A DNA stretch of 64,000 nucleotides from Armatimonadota bacterium (GTDB lineage: Bacteria; Armatimonadota; HRBIN16). Of the stretch, positions 1-9,065 are shown in pieces. The stretch lies in the NCBI GenBank assembly GCA_963677485.1, contig OY781964.1, positions 1,472,001-1,536,000 of the forward strand, given 5' to 3'. Position numbers and translations under genes: made by a program. Position 1 is the stretch's first letter. Each line of letters opens with the position of its first letter. Below the pieces are notes generated by a model that was not told the DNA's origin, did not search any database, and saw only the letters and a list, made by a program, of their open reading frames with translations.

Positions 1-1662
1 GGCCTGCGACTCTGGGAAGGTGAATGGGCTGGGCGCAAACTTGAGTTGATGGCGTGGCAGCGGAGAACCATCCGGGATATCTTCGGGTGGGTGGACCGCA
101 ACACCGGTATGCGCCGGTTTCGGTATGTGCTGATTGTTGTGCCGCGCAAGAATGGCAAAACCACCTTCAACGCGCCGATCGCAAGCTACATGATGATGGC
201 AGACGGCGAGCCAGGCGCCCAGGTGTATGCAGCCGCGGGCGATTTGCCGCAGGCTACCATTGTATTTAACTCCACGCTCAATATGCTAGAGGCGCAGCCG
301 TCTCTGTGGAAAATGTTGCGGCCGATCAAAAGCTCCAACACCGTCGTCTATCCCAAAAAGCACAGCAGTTTCACGGCTATATCAAAGATCGCTGATGCTC
401 AGCTTGGCAAGAACCCTCACTTCGTTGTCTATGATGAGCTACTGGTGGCCAAAAGCAGGGAACTGTTTGTCGCACTCGAAGGTGGTATGGCGGCGCGGCG
501 GCAGCCGATGATGATGATGCTGACCACCGCTGGACTGGACCGGAGCACCTTGTGCTGGGAGCAGTATGACTACGGCAAGAGGATTCTAGCAGGCAAAATC
601 AAGAATGACCGCTGGTATCCGGTGATTTATGAGGCCGAAGAAGGCGCGGACTGGACATCTGTCGACGTGTGGAAGGCCGCCAACCCGAGTTGGGGTGTGA
701 CCATCAACCAGGAATACATGGAAACGAGGTGTCAAAAGGCCAAAGATCAGCCCAGTAACCAGGCTGATTTCAAGAGATTCCACCTGAATATCTGGACGAA
801 CAGCTCCGAAAGATGGCTGGATATGAGCAAATGGGATGCCTGCCAGGCGGAACCGCTTGAGCCGCTGGAAGGTCGGGCATGTTATGGCGGGCTGGACCTG
901 TCGAGCACCATCGACCTGAGCAGTTTGTGCCTGGTGTTTCCGAATGATGATGGATCGTATGATGTGATCTGGCGGACATGGACGCCGGAGGCGACGATGG
1001 CGGAGCGGGCGCAGCATGACAGCGTGGAATATGACGAGTGGGCACGGGCAGGCTGGTTGAGCACGACTCCCGGGGAGCGTCTGGACTACCGATACATCCG
1101 GTCCGAGATCAATGCCCTGGCGGAGAAATACGACATCATTGAGCTGGCCTATGACCCCTGGGGTGCGGCGCATCTGGCCACCGAGCTAAGTGAAGAGGAT
1201 GGAATCCAGATGGTGCAGTGTAGGCAGGGGTTCATCACGCTGTCGAGCCCATCGAAAGAACTAGAGGCTGGGGTGGTTCTAGGGGCATCAACACCGGAGC
1301 AGGTTGAAGAATACCGAATCAAATTTGAGGCCGATCAGGATCGCCGGTTTGAGGAATACCAGATCGCTTTTGAGCAATTAAAAGCAGCGGGTGAAGATAT
1401 CAGCGTGTGCAAACCATTCGTCCGGCAGGAATGGAAATACAATGCTCTGCGTCATAATGGGGACCCCGTGGCGCGCTGGTGCGCCAACAATGTGGCGATC
1501 GTGAGAGATGATGCGGACAATATCAAGCCCACGAAATCCAAATCGAGCGGAAGGATTGACTGCATTGTGGCGCTGGTGACGGCGATGAGCCGCGCGATGA
1601 TGAAGGGCGGCCAGCCTAAGCGGAGCGTTTATGAGGATCGGGCGCCGTATGTTCCGGAGTGA
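1..1662 (+). CDS. terL: Terminase large subunit (5' truncated by window edge)
   Basis: Frame open from base 1; Walker A VPRKNGKT, Walker B VVYDE, nuclease GGLDLS, C-terminal RIDCIVAL. Confidence 0.95.
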   Translation, partial: GLRLWEGEWAGRKLELMAWQRRTIRDIFGWVDRNTGMRRFRYVLIVVPRKNGKTTFNAPIASYMMMADGEPGAQVYAAAGDLPQATIVFNSTLNMLEAQPSLWKMLRPIKSSNTVVYPKKHSSFTAISKIADAQLGKNPHFVVYDELLVAKSRELFVALEGGMAARRQPMMMMLTTAGLDRSTLCWEQYDYGKRILAGKIKNDRWYPVIYEAEEGADWTSVDVWKAANPSWGVTINQEYMETRCQKAKDQPSNQADFKRFHLNIWTNSSERWLDMSKWDACQAEPLEPLEGRACYGGLDLSSTIDLSSLCLVFPNDDGSYDVIWRTWTPEATMAERAQHDSVEYDEWARAGWLSTTPGERLDYRYIRSEINALAEKYDIIELAYDPWGAAHLATELSEEDGIQMVQCRQGFITLSSPSKELEAGVVLGASTPEQVEEYRIKFEADQDRRFEEYQIAFEQLKAAGEDISVCKPFVRQEWKYNALRHNGDPVARWCANNVAIVRDDADNIKPTKSKSSGRIDCIVALVTAMSRAMMKGGQPKRSVYEDRAPYVPE

Positions 1663-1775
1663 GGAGTCAGGAGACAGGAGTTAGGAGACGGGAGGATTCC
1701 CGGAGGCCAATCAGGAGATTGGCGTTCCCAGGGGCGTTCCCTATTCTGACTCCTGACTCCTATCTCCTGTCTCCT
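1662..1775. repeat. AGGAGnn heptamer array with inverted counter-arm (element E1)
   Basis: aggagtc-aggagac-aggagtt-aggagac ... gactcct-gactcct-atctcct-gtctcct; loop holds gccaatcaggagattggc palindrome. Confidence 0.9.
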
Positions 1776-1831
1776 TCCCCCAGTTCCCAAAATGTGAGTT
1801 AACCGCCCTAGTAATTGGAGGGCTTCATATT

Positions 1832-3028
1832 TTGAGATGGCCGTGGCAGAAGGAAAAGCGAGCAGCGGTAACCCACCCGTTTTATATTGGCGGGTCCGAC
1901 CGGCTTGGCCGTCCGAGTAATGCGGCGATTCAGATCGCGGCACTGCATCGGTGCGTGGCCGTGATCAGCGAGAACATCGCGTCGCTTCCAATCCACGTAT
2001 ATCAAAACACTAAAGATGGTTCGGTTCCCAAACCAAACCACCCACTACAATCCCTCCTTTATTTGACCCCAAACAAGCGGATGATCCCGTTCACTTTTTG
2101 GCAGACCACAGTTGAGAACACCGTGCTGCTTGGCGACGGCTTTGTGGAAATTTTGAGAGACCAGGCGGCTCGACCATATGAGCTTTGGCCGCTGGACACG
2201 AAAGCCACACGAGTGGAAACAGAGGATGACGGGACCCCCAGATACACATTTACAAAAGACAAATCCGAATACCGGCTTAAAGACCGGGATGTGATGCACA
2301 TCCCTGGTTCTGGATACGACGGTCTGCGCGGGACTTCGATGCTCGAGCGGTTTCGGACCGTGTTCGGGATCACGGTGAGCGCGGATGTGCTGGCTGAGAG
2401 TTATTTCCGGCAAGGCGCAAAACCGAGCGGCGTGCTGAGCACTCCGGATTCGATGAGCCCAGAAGCCGAGAAGAATTTGATCGACGGCTGGCGGCGGTTG
2501 TATGAGGGCGCGCACAATGCGGGGCGGATCATGATGCTTCAGCAGGGCATCAAGTTCGATCCCCTCTCTGTCAACTTTTCCGATTCTGAGTTCCTGAAGA
2601 ACCGCGAGTTTCAAGTGGCGGAGGTGTGCCGCGTTTTCGGCGTGCCGATGCACATGGTGATGGCGGCGGGTGGAACCTATGCCAGCGACGAAGCGCGCAC
2701 GCGGGACTTTTACGCGTTGACGCTGCGGCCTTGGATTGTGCGGCTGGAGCAGGCGATTAACAAAAGTCTGCTGATGCCGAGTGAGCGTGGTCGGCTGTTT
2801 GTGAAGTTTGAGGTTGGGGGCTTGCTTCGGGCGGATGTGGATAAGCGGAACGCGGCTTATGCGATCGCGAAGCAGAACGGCTGGATGAGCACGAACGAGA
2901 TCAGGCGGCTGGAGGACCTTGCTCCGATTGAGGGCGGAGACACGTATTATGTGCCGCTGAACATGGTGCCGGTGGGCGAGGCGGCGAAGCTGATTGGGGA
3001 CGGCGAGCCGGGGAGCGTGAGGAAGTGA
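1832..3028 (+). CDS. HK97-family portal protein
   Basis: CVAVISENIASLP, VMHIPG..DGLRG, EVCRVFGVP, NEIRRLEDL motifs; follows terL. Confidence 0.95.
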   Translation: MRWPWQKEKRAAVTHPFYIGGSDRLGRPSNAAIQIAALHRCVAVISENIASLPIHVYQNTKDGSVPKPNHPLQSLLYLTPNKRMIPFTFWQTTVENTVLLGDGFVEILRDQAARPYELWPLDTKATRVETEDDGTPRYTFTKDKSEYRLKDRDVMHIPGSGYDGLRGTSMLERFRTVFGITVSADVLAESYFRQGAKPSGVLSTPDSMSPEAEKNLIDGWRRLYEGAHNAGRIMMLQQGIKFDPLSVNFSDSEFLKNREFQVAEVCRVFGVPMHMVMAAGGTYASDEARTRDFYALTLRPWIVRLEQAINKSLLMPSERGRLFVKFEVGGLLRADVDKRNAAYAIAKQNGWMSTNEIRRLEDLAPIEGGDTYYVPLNMVPVGEAAKLIGDGEPGSVRK

Positions 3029-3031
3029 GCA

Positions 3032-3071
3032 AGGAGACATCCTGGGAGACAGGAGTCAGGAGGCGGAGGGG
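3032..3071 (+). repeat. AGGAGnn array, forward arm only (E2)
   Basis: aggagacatcctgggagacaggagtcaggaggc between portal and protease. Confidence 0.8.
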
Positions 3072-3076
3072 AAGAT

Positions 3077-3691
3077 ATGGGGAAATTGGCAACTGATCTT
3101 CAGTTTCGGTGGATGGTGCCGGATGCTGAGATGCGGATGGCGGGGGATGAGGGCCGGACTATTACGGGGTATGCGGCTGTGTTTGACAGCGAGGCGAAGA
3201 TTTGGGGCGACATGACCGAGGTGATCAGGCGCGGGGCGTTTGATGCTACCGACATGAGTAAGGTGGTGTGTTTGTTTAACCACTCCTATGACCAAATGCT
3301 GGCGAGTGTGAAGGGCGGGACGCTGAAGCTTGCTGTGGATGAGCGCGGGTTGAGGTTTGAGGCCGATGTGGCCAGGACCGCGATGGGCGATCAGGTGATT
3401 GAGCTTGTGAAGCGCGGCGACCTTCAGGGGTGCAGCTTTGCGTTTTGGACGAAACACGATTCCTGGACCGATATGGGTAACGGGCAGATGCTTCGGGAGC
3501 TGCTTGATATCAGCGCGATTGATGATGTGGGTCCGGTGGTTCGGCCGGCCTATGAGGCCACCAGCGTGGCCATGCGGAGCTACTACGAAAGTCAGCTCAA
3601 ACAACCGGAGGCGGAACCCGACACACGGGCGAGCCTAAACGACGACTGGCGAATATTGATCGCCGCAATGGAGGAAACGCATAATGCGTGA
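3077..3691 (+). CDS. HK97-family prohead protease
   Basis: ITGYAAVF, LFNH, DERGLRFE, GCSFAF, PAYEAT motifs. Confidence 0.93.
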   Translation: MGKLATDLQFRWMVPDAEMRMAGDEGRTITGYAAVFDSEAKIWGDMTEVIRRGAFDATDMSKVVCLFNHSYDQMLASVKGGTLKLAVDERGLRFEADVARTAMGDQVIELVKRGDLQGCSFAFWTKHDSWTDMGNGQMLRELLDISAIDDVGPVVRPAYEATSVAMRSYYESQLKQPEAEPDTRASLNDDWRILIAAMEETHNA

Positions 3692-4862
3692 GAAATTGAT
3701 GGAGCGACGCCAGGCGTTGCTTGATGGCATCCAGGAGATGCTTGCTACTGCCGAGGCCGCCGGGCGCGACCTGACCGAAGATGAGCGTGCGAAGCGCGAC
3801 AAGAACTTGACCGATGTAAAAGCGATGACCGCGGACCTGAAGGCGATGGATGAAGCCGAAGAGCTTCGCAGTTTGGTGACCCCTACCCCTGCGCGGCGTG
3901 CTGTTGGTGCGAGTCATGGCCCGAGCGTGGCAGAAAACCAGAAGCTGATGATCAGCCCTGAATACAGGTCTGCATTTGAGGGCTGGATGAAGTCAGGAGA
4001 TGACCGAGAGATGCGTCTGCTTGGTGCCACTACCGGATCGAGCGGCGGATTCCTGGTTCCCACCGTCATCTATGATGAGATTTTTGACGCGACACTGAAG
4101 CTATCTCCAGTGCTGGCCCAGGTCAAACACATCAACAGCACCGACGACAAGCTGGCATTGCCGATCAAAACCACGGCAGGCGGATTTGCCTACGTAACCG
4201 AAGGCAATAAGCCGAACGCGAATGACCCTGCGTTGAGCCAGTTGATCCTTGGATCGCTCAAGGGGCAGTGGAACATAACCGTCGACGAGAACCTCAGGAA
4301 CAGCACTGTGGATGTGGCATCCTGGATGAGCGGTCTGTTTGCCGAAGGGCTAGCTGAGTTCTTGGAGGCTGAGATCATCACCGGTGTGGACACCACCGCA
4401 CTGGCTGGAATACTGGTGGGTGGCACCGTCGCATTGACCACGGCCAGTGCAACCGCGATCACACGGGCTGAAATTGAAAAGTGCTATTTCGCGATGCCAT
4501 CCAAATATCTCGGCACCGCGATGTGGGTGCTGAGTGGAACTGTGGCTGAGAAAATAGCCGCGATCGCGAACAGTGTGACTGGAGACTTCCTGTGGGCCCC
4601 AAGCCTTGCTGATGGCTATGCCTGGAAAATTCTTGGCAGACCGGCTTTGGTCACCGATGGTGCCCCCGCTTGGGCCGCGAACAAAAACTTGATCGCATTT
4701 TTCAACCCTGGCAGCTATCTGCTTAAGGATGGCGGGCTGGAGATTAAGGTAAGTGAGCACGCCGCGTTTGAGAGCTGCGGGTTGGTTTACCGCGCGGTGT
4801 GGGTTGGAGACGGCGGACTGGCCGCAGCCACCCACGCGCAGATCATCAAGAGCAAGGCCTAG
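3684..4862 (+). CDS. Major capsid protein (HK97 fold, N-terminal coiled-coil delta domain)
   Basis: Coiled-coil N-terminus, GGFLVPT motif, ILGRP; position after protease. Confidence 0.9.
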   Translation: MREKLMERRQALLDGIQEMLATAEAAGRDLTEDERAKRDKNLTDVKAMTADLKAMDEAEELRSLVTPTPARRAVGASHGPSVAENQKLMISPEYRSAFEGWMKSGDDREMRLLGATTGSSGGFLVPTVIYDEIFDATLKLSPVLAQVKHINSTDDKLALPIKTTAGGFAYVTEGNKPNANDPALSQLILGSLKGQWNITVDENLRNSTVDVASWMSGLFAEGLAEFLEAEIITGVDTTALAGILVGGTVALTTASATAITRAEIEKCYFAMPSKYLGTAMWVLSGTVAEKIAAIANSVTGDFLWAPSLADGYAWKILGRPALVTDGAPAWAANKNLIAFFNPGSYLLKDGGLEIKVSEHAAFESCGLVYRAVWVGDGGLAAATHAQIIKSKA

Positions 4863-4880
4863 CTTTTAAGGAGTTAGAAG

Positions 4881-4944
4881 ACCGTAGGGGCGCGGTGACC
4901 CCGCCCCTACGGTAAGGCGAGGCCAATCATGAGATTGGCGTTCC
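4881..4944. repeat. GTAG-type REP-like hairpin plus gccaatc..gattggc palindrome
   Basis: accgtaggggcg...cgcccctacggt (4881-4913) and gccaatcatgagattggcgttcc (4922-4944); both motif types recur in host DNA. Confidence 0.75.
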
Positions 4945-4965
4945 TATGGAAAGGACCGTAAAATC

Positions 4966-6861
4966 ATGGCAGATAATTATATAGGCAGGGTAACGATAGA
5001 TGGGAACGCGCCAGCGGCACCAGTTTCAGTTCAGCCGATTGTGAATGGTGCGCCGGTTAGTGCAACTAATCCTCAACCGACAACTACCGCCATTACCTTC
5101 CCCTCCGCCCTCACCACCACCGACAGCGGCGTGCGGAGGATGCAGCCGCTGACCTGGGAGGCGGGCGCATCGGTTAGCAACATGGTTGGGCTTGGAAATC
5201 GAGAGCGCGTCAGCTCGCTGTTGATACCTGCCTCCGGCTGGGCAGCCACGGCCACGAGGATTTATTTTGACATCTCGGACGATGGAACCACATGGTATCC
5301 TGCACGCGACTTGGCTGGTAACTTGATCTACGCTCAAGTAGGAGCTTCTGCGGCGTCATACGGGATTGGGCTCTCTGATGAAGAGCGTGCCCGTATCAGC
5401 CGTAAATTCGTGCGCATGAAAAGCGCAACGGACGCTGCTGCTCCCGTGACGCAGGCGGCGGCCGTGAGCTGTGTGCTTGGCAGCATGAACGCCGGCACAG
5501 TGAACCCATACAGCACATGGAGCTTCCGTGTGGCGGCGGGGGGCTCAATCAATGCGGAGGTCATCAGCGCAGGGCGTGTGACGTGGGCGGTCTCAGACGG
5601 AACGGGCACCACTACCACGATCTCAAGTGCATTAGTGTTGACCACAATCGCGAAAACTGTGGATGTCGTCTGCACTGCGGCGTTTGCTTATGAGGGAAGT
5701 TATATCAATGTCAACAGCAGCATATATCTGACATTTAAGCTGCTGGACCTCCCGAATAATCTAGAAAGATTAAGGCTCTCCAACACCCCACTGGTGACGG
5801 GCGCGTTGAATGACCTGAGCAAGGTTCTGACCTCTCTCACCCTCTCCAACACCCCACTCGTAACGGGCGCGTTGAATGACCTGAGCAAGGTTCTGACCTA
5901 TCTCTACCTCTCCACCCCACTCGTAACGGGCGCGTTGAATGACCTGAGCAAGGTTCTGACCTATCTCTACCTCTCCACGCCACTGGTGACGGGCGCGTTG
6001 AATGACCTGAGCAAGGTTCTGACCTCTCTCACCCTCTCCAACACCCCACTCGTAACGGGCGCGTTGAATGACCTGAGCAAGGTTCTGACCTCTCTCACCC
6101 TCTACAACACCCCACTCGTAACGGGCGCGTTGAATGACCTGAGCAAGGTTCTGACCTCTCTCACCCTCTCCAACACCCCACTGGTGACGGGCGCGTTGAA
6201 TGACCTGAGCAAGGTTCTGACCTATCTCTACCTCTCCACCCCACTCGTAACGGGCGCGTTGAATGACCTGAGCAAGGTTCTGACCTATCTCTACCTCTCC
6301 ACGCCACTCGTAACGGGCGCGTTGAATGACCTGAGCAAGGTTCTGACCTCTCTCACCCTCTCCAACACCCCACTCGTAACGGGCGCGTTGAATGACCTGA
6401 GCAAGGTTCTGACCTATCTCTACCTCTCCACCCCACTCGTAACGGGCGCGTTGAATGACCTGAGCAAGGTTCTGACCTATCTCTACCTCTCCACGCCACT
6501 GGTGACGGGCGCGTTGAATGACCTGAGCAAGGTTCTGACCACTCTCTACCTCTACAACACCCCACTCGTGACGGGCGCGTTGTCTACTGATTTACCGACT
6601 GCGCTAACTGTTGAGTTGAGGCTTGTCGGGCTTACGTTGGTGACAGGCTCTTTCACAGCCACACAAGTTCCTGCCAGCAACAAGGCAGTGAGGTGCTATG
6701 ATTGCGGATTTAGCCCGACTGACACCGACAATATGATCATAACTCTTGAAAGTGTGGGTAGTTCAAACGGTGTAGCCGTGTTCGAGACCAACCGCACAGC
6801 GGCATCTGACGCAGCGTTGACTGCACTTCAGGGTCGCGGTTGGACTGTGACTTTCGCCTAG
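4966..6861 (+). CDS. Leucine-rich-repeat protein (putative virion surface or accessory protein)
   Basis: 12 units of PLVTGALNDLSKVLTxLxLx(N)T matching the LxxLxLxxT/N LRR pattern; beta-rich N-terminus. Confidence 0.8.
   Translation: MADNYIGRVTIDGNAPAAPVSVQPIVNGAPVSATNPQPTTTAITFPSALTTTDSGVRRMQPLTWEAGASVSNMVGLGNRERVSSLLIPASGWAATATRIYFDISDDGTTWYPARDLAGNLIYAQVGASAASYGIGLSDEERARISRKFVRMKSATDAAAPVTQAAAVSCVLGSMNAGTVNPYSTWSFRVAAGGSINAEVISAGRVTWAVSDGTGTTTTISSALVLTTIAKTVDVVCTAAFAYEGSYINVNSSIYLTFKLLDLPNNLERLRLSNTPLVTGALNDLSKVLTSLTLSNTPLVTGALNDLSKVLTYLYLSTPLVTGALNDLSKVLTYLYLSTPLVTGALNDLSKVLTSLTLSNTPLVTGALNDLSKVLTSLTLYNTPLVTGALNDLSKVLTSLTLSNTPLVTGALNDLSKVLTYLYLSTPLVTGALNDLSKVLTYLYLSTPLVTGALNDLSKVLTSLTLSNTPLVTGALNDLSKVLTYLYLSTPLVTGALNDLSKVLTYLYLSTPLVTGALNDLSKVLTTLYLYNTPLVTGALSTDLPTALTVELRLVGLTLVTGSFTATQVPASNKAVRCYDCGFSPTDTDNMIITLESVGSSNGVAVFETNRTAASDAALTALQGRGWTVTFA
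5776..6582 (+). repeat. Intragenic tandem array of 63/66-bp units
   Basis: Units start at 5788, 5854, 5917, 5980, 6046, 6112, 6178, 6241, 6304, 6370, 6433, 6496; partial at 6562. Confidence 0.95.
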
Positions 6862-6885
6862 AGGCGCGCCTGAAGGAGGGCATAA

Positions 6886-7101
6886 ATGGCATATCAAGTA
6901 AGTTTCTATGACGGGCTAGAAATCGACGTGGCCGAGGATGTGGACGGCTTTATCGAAATTGCATCCAGCGCTGACATCACAGGCCAGCCGGACGTTCCAG
7001 ACGGCGTATGGCCAGACCGCACCGGTGACTACGCCTTTGTGATGTATCGCCCGACTGCCACCGGCGCGGTTGCGATTGTGGCTATGGAGGTAACCGAATG
7101 A
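6886..7101 (+). CDS. Hypothetical phage protein
   Basis: Strong SD (aaggagg); ATGA overlap with next gene. Confidence 0.7.
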   Translation: MAYQVSFYDGLEIDVAEDVDGFIEIASSADITGQPDVPDGVWPDRTGDYAFVMYRPTATGAVAIVAMEVTE

Positions 7102-7442
7102 GCTGGTTATCGAGTTTAATGAGCGGGCTAACGAAGTGGTGGAAAAAAAACAACAGCGGCGGAGATGTGGTTCGCAATAACAAGGCACTCGTTCGACGCA
7201 CGGTGACCGCCGTGGTGGCGGAGGTGTGGGCGTTGAAGGCGCAGGGCGAGGTATCGGCCAACACGTTCGCGCAGAAGCTGATCGCGCGCGTGCTGGCGCC
7301 GCTACCTGACGGCGTGGAGCTGCTGGCTTCGGTGCTGGTTGAACCCAAGGTGCGCACCTGGTGCCACGCGGTGTTCACACTGCGGTGTTCGGAGGCTGAG
7401 GCTGTGGAGTATCTGATGGCGAAGCTGGTGGGACTGCCATGA
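7098..7442 (+). CDS. Hypothetical phage protein
   Basis: SD ggaggt; coupled to previous ORF. Confidence 0.65.
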   Translation: MSWLSSLMSGLTKWWKKNNSGGDVVRNNKALVRRTVTAVVAEVWALKAQGEVSANTFAQKLIARVLAPLPDGVELLASVLVEPKVRTWCHAVFTLRCSEAEAVEYLMAKLVGLP

Positions 7443-7446
7443 TGGG

Positions 7447-7481
7447 AGGAGTCAGGAGGCAGGAGATAGGAGACAGGAGTG
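7447..7481 (+). repeat. AGGAGnn array x5 (E4) running into the holin start
   Basis: aggagtc aggaggc aggagat aggagac aggagtg. Confidence 0.85.
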
Positions 7482-7877
7482 GATAAGGCGTGGCGCGATG
7501 TAATCAACGCCGTGTCTGTGGGTGCTCTGGCGGCGTTTGTGTGGATTCCTGATCTGGTGTCGATGCTTCTTGGCTTGATCGTGATGGATATCGCCACTGG
7601 GATGGCATATGCTTACTGCAACGGCAAGGTGTGCAGCTCGATCCAGCGAAAGGGGCTGGTGAAGAAATCTCAAGTGTTGCTACTGGTGACCGCTGGATAT
7701 TGGGTCCAGCACTGGGCCGGCGGCGGCATTCCGGTAGGTCCAGCCATCGCCGCATTCTATTGCGGCAACGAACTGCTGTCTATTATTGAAAACGCGGGGC
7801 GCTTGGGTATCCCCATCGCCCCTGCTCTTCGCAAGGGCTTGGCGGCGCTGAACAAAGAGGATGACGAAAAAGAATGA
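7479..7877 (+). CDS. Phage holin (holin_4_1-like)
   Basis: DIATG, KGLVKK, NELLSIIENAGRLGIPIA motifs; TM helices. Confidence 0.9.
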   Translation: MDKAWRDVINAVSVGALAAFVWIPDLVSMLLGLIVMDIATGMAYAYCNGKVCSSIQRKGLVKKSQVLLLVTAGYWVQHWAGGGIPVGPAIAAFYCGNELLSIIENAGRLGIPIAPALRKGLAALNKEDDEKE

Positions 7878-8458
7878 TTACAATGAGCTCCGCGGAAACC
7901 CCTGTGCTTCCGCTGGCGACGACTGCCGAGGCGGTGGCGCACATGAGGTTAGTGACATCCGATGCGGGTGAGTTGGCTTACATCCAGGCGTTGATTGATG
8001 CAGCTACGGAGTTCATTGAGAGCGCGGCGAATGCGAGCCTGAGCGTTCGGGAGCGGGTGTTTGAGATCAATGCGCAGGGGTGTTGTGGGGATTACATGAG
8101 GGCGACCAGCCGGTCGCCCCTACGTGAGAGGCTGCCGTATATGCCATTTTACACTGGGGCGCTGGATGTGGACGCGCCGGCGATGGTGGCGGTGGATGAT
8201 GACGGCGTGGAGACGGCGGAGACGGTGAACGCGGAGCAGTTGCGGCGCGGGTATGTGGACCTTCCTGCGGTTGGGCGGTATATCCTGACGGCGACAATGG
8301 GACCGGTGACGATCAACCCGATGGCGAAGCAGGCGTGTCTGCTGCTGGTGGGGCACTGGTATGAGCACCGTGAGGCTGTGGATGACGGTCGGGCGCTTTC
8401 CGAGGTGCCGATGACTGTGAACACGCTGGTGAAGCAGCTGTGGAGACCGATGTCTTGA
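7874..8458 (+). CDS. Head-tail connector (gp6-like)
   Basis: AHMRL, LIDAATEFIE, KQACLLLVGHWYEHREAV. Confidence 0.9.
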   Translation: MITMSSAETPVLPLATTAEAVAHMRLVTSDAGELAYIQALIDAATEFIESAANASLSVRERVFEINAQGCCGDYMRATSRSPLRERLPYMPFYTGALDVDAPAMVAVDDDGVETAETVNAEQLRRGYVDLPAVGRYILTATMGPVTINPMAKQACLLLVGHWYEHREAVDDGRALSEVPMTVNTLVKQLWRPMS

Positions 8459-8593
8459 GAATACAGAAGGCAGGAGATAGGAGACATGTTGAGGAGTAAG
8501 GAGACAGGAGATAGGAGTCAGGAGAATACCCGGACCTGCGGATCCGGTTCCTTCCCTGTTCCCATTCTGACTCCTGACTCCTGTCTTCTTCCT
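8459..8593. repeat. AGGAGnn array with counter-arm (E5)
   Basis: Forward heptamers 8472-8526, ctcct counter-arm 8566-8593; 31 bp identical to E6. Confidence 0.9.
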
Positions 8594-8609
8594 TCCAGGA
8601 GGCCGACAG

Positions 8610-9065
8610 TTGGCTGAACAGACGTGCAACGATTGGATGATTGACCAGGCTGGGGTGAACGCGGTGGCGGCGCGGAAGTTCAAGGCGGTGCTTTCAGATG
8701 TCAGAGGCCACGGGTATCAGGTGATGGTGACGCAGGTGCTGCGGAGTAAGGAAGTGCAGCGGAAGCTGTATTGTGCGGGACGATCCGATGCGGAGCTGCT
8801 GGAGGATGGTTTGAGTAAGGTGGAGATTAAGGCGGCACGATCGGCGGGGTATGCGGCTGATGAGAAGCCGGTGACGGGCACGGTGAACAGTATGCACTGC
8901 AAGGGGCGGGCGATGGATGTGGTGGTGCTGAACGATGGCAAGGTGACGTGGAACACGAAGCACCCTGCGTGGGCGGTTTATGCGGCGGCGGCGAAGGCGC
9001 ACGGTCTGGTGGCGGGGGCGAGTTTTCGGATGAGGGACTGGCCGCACGTTGAATACAGAATATAG
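8610..9065 (+). CDS. Endolysin, M15-family peptidase
   Basis: RSKEVQRKLY, SMHCKGRAMD (SxHxxGxAxD), DWPHVE; start uncertain. Confidence 0.88.
   Translation: MAEQTCNDWMIDQAGVNAVAARKFKAVLSDVRGHGYQVMVTQVLRSKEVQRKLYCAGRSDAELLEDGLSKVEIKAARSAGYAADEKPVTGTVNSMHCKGRAMDVVVLNDGKVTWNTKHPAWAVYAAAAKAHGLVAGASFRMRDWPHVEYRI

Noticed and set aside
1279-1446. Intein in terminase
   Set aside because: Too short and lacks the N-terminal Cys/Ser and C-terminal His-Asn splice motifs.
5776-6582. CRISPR array or complete DGR
   Set aside because: In-frame coding repeats without spacers; no reverse transcriptase or template repeat seen.
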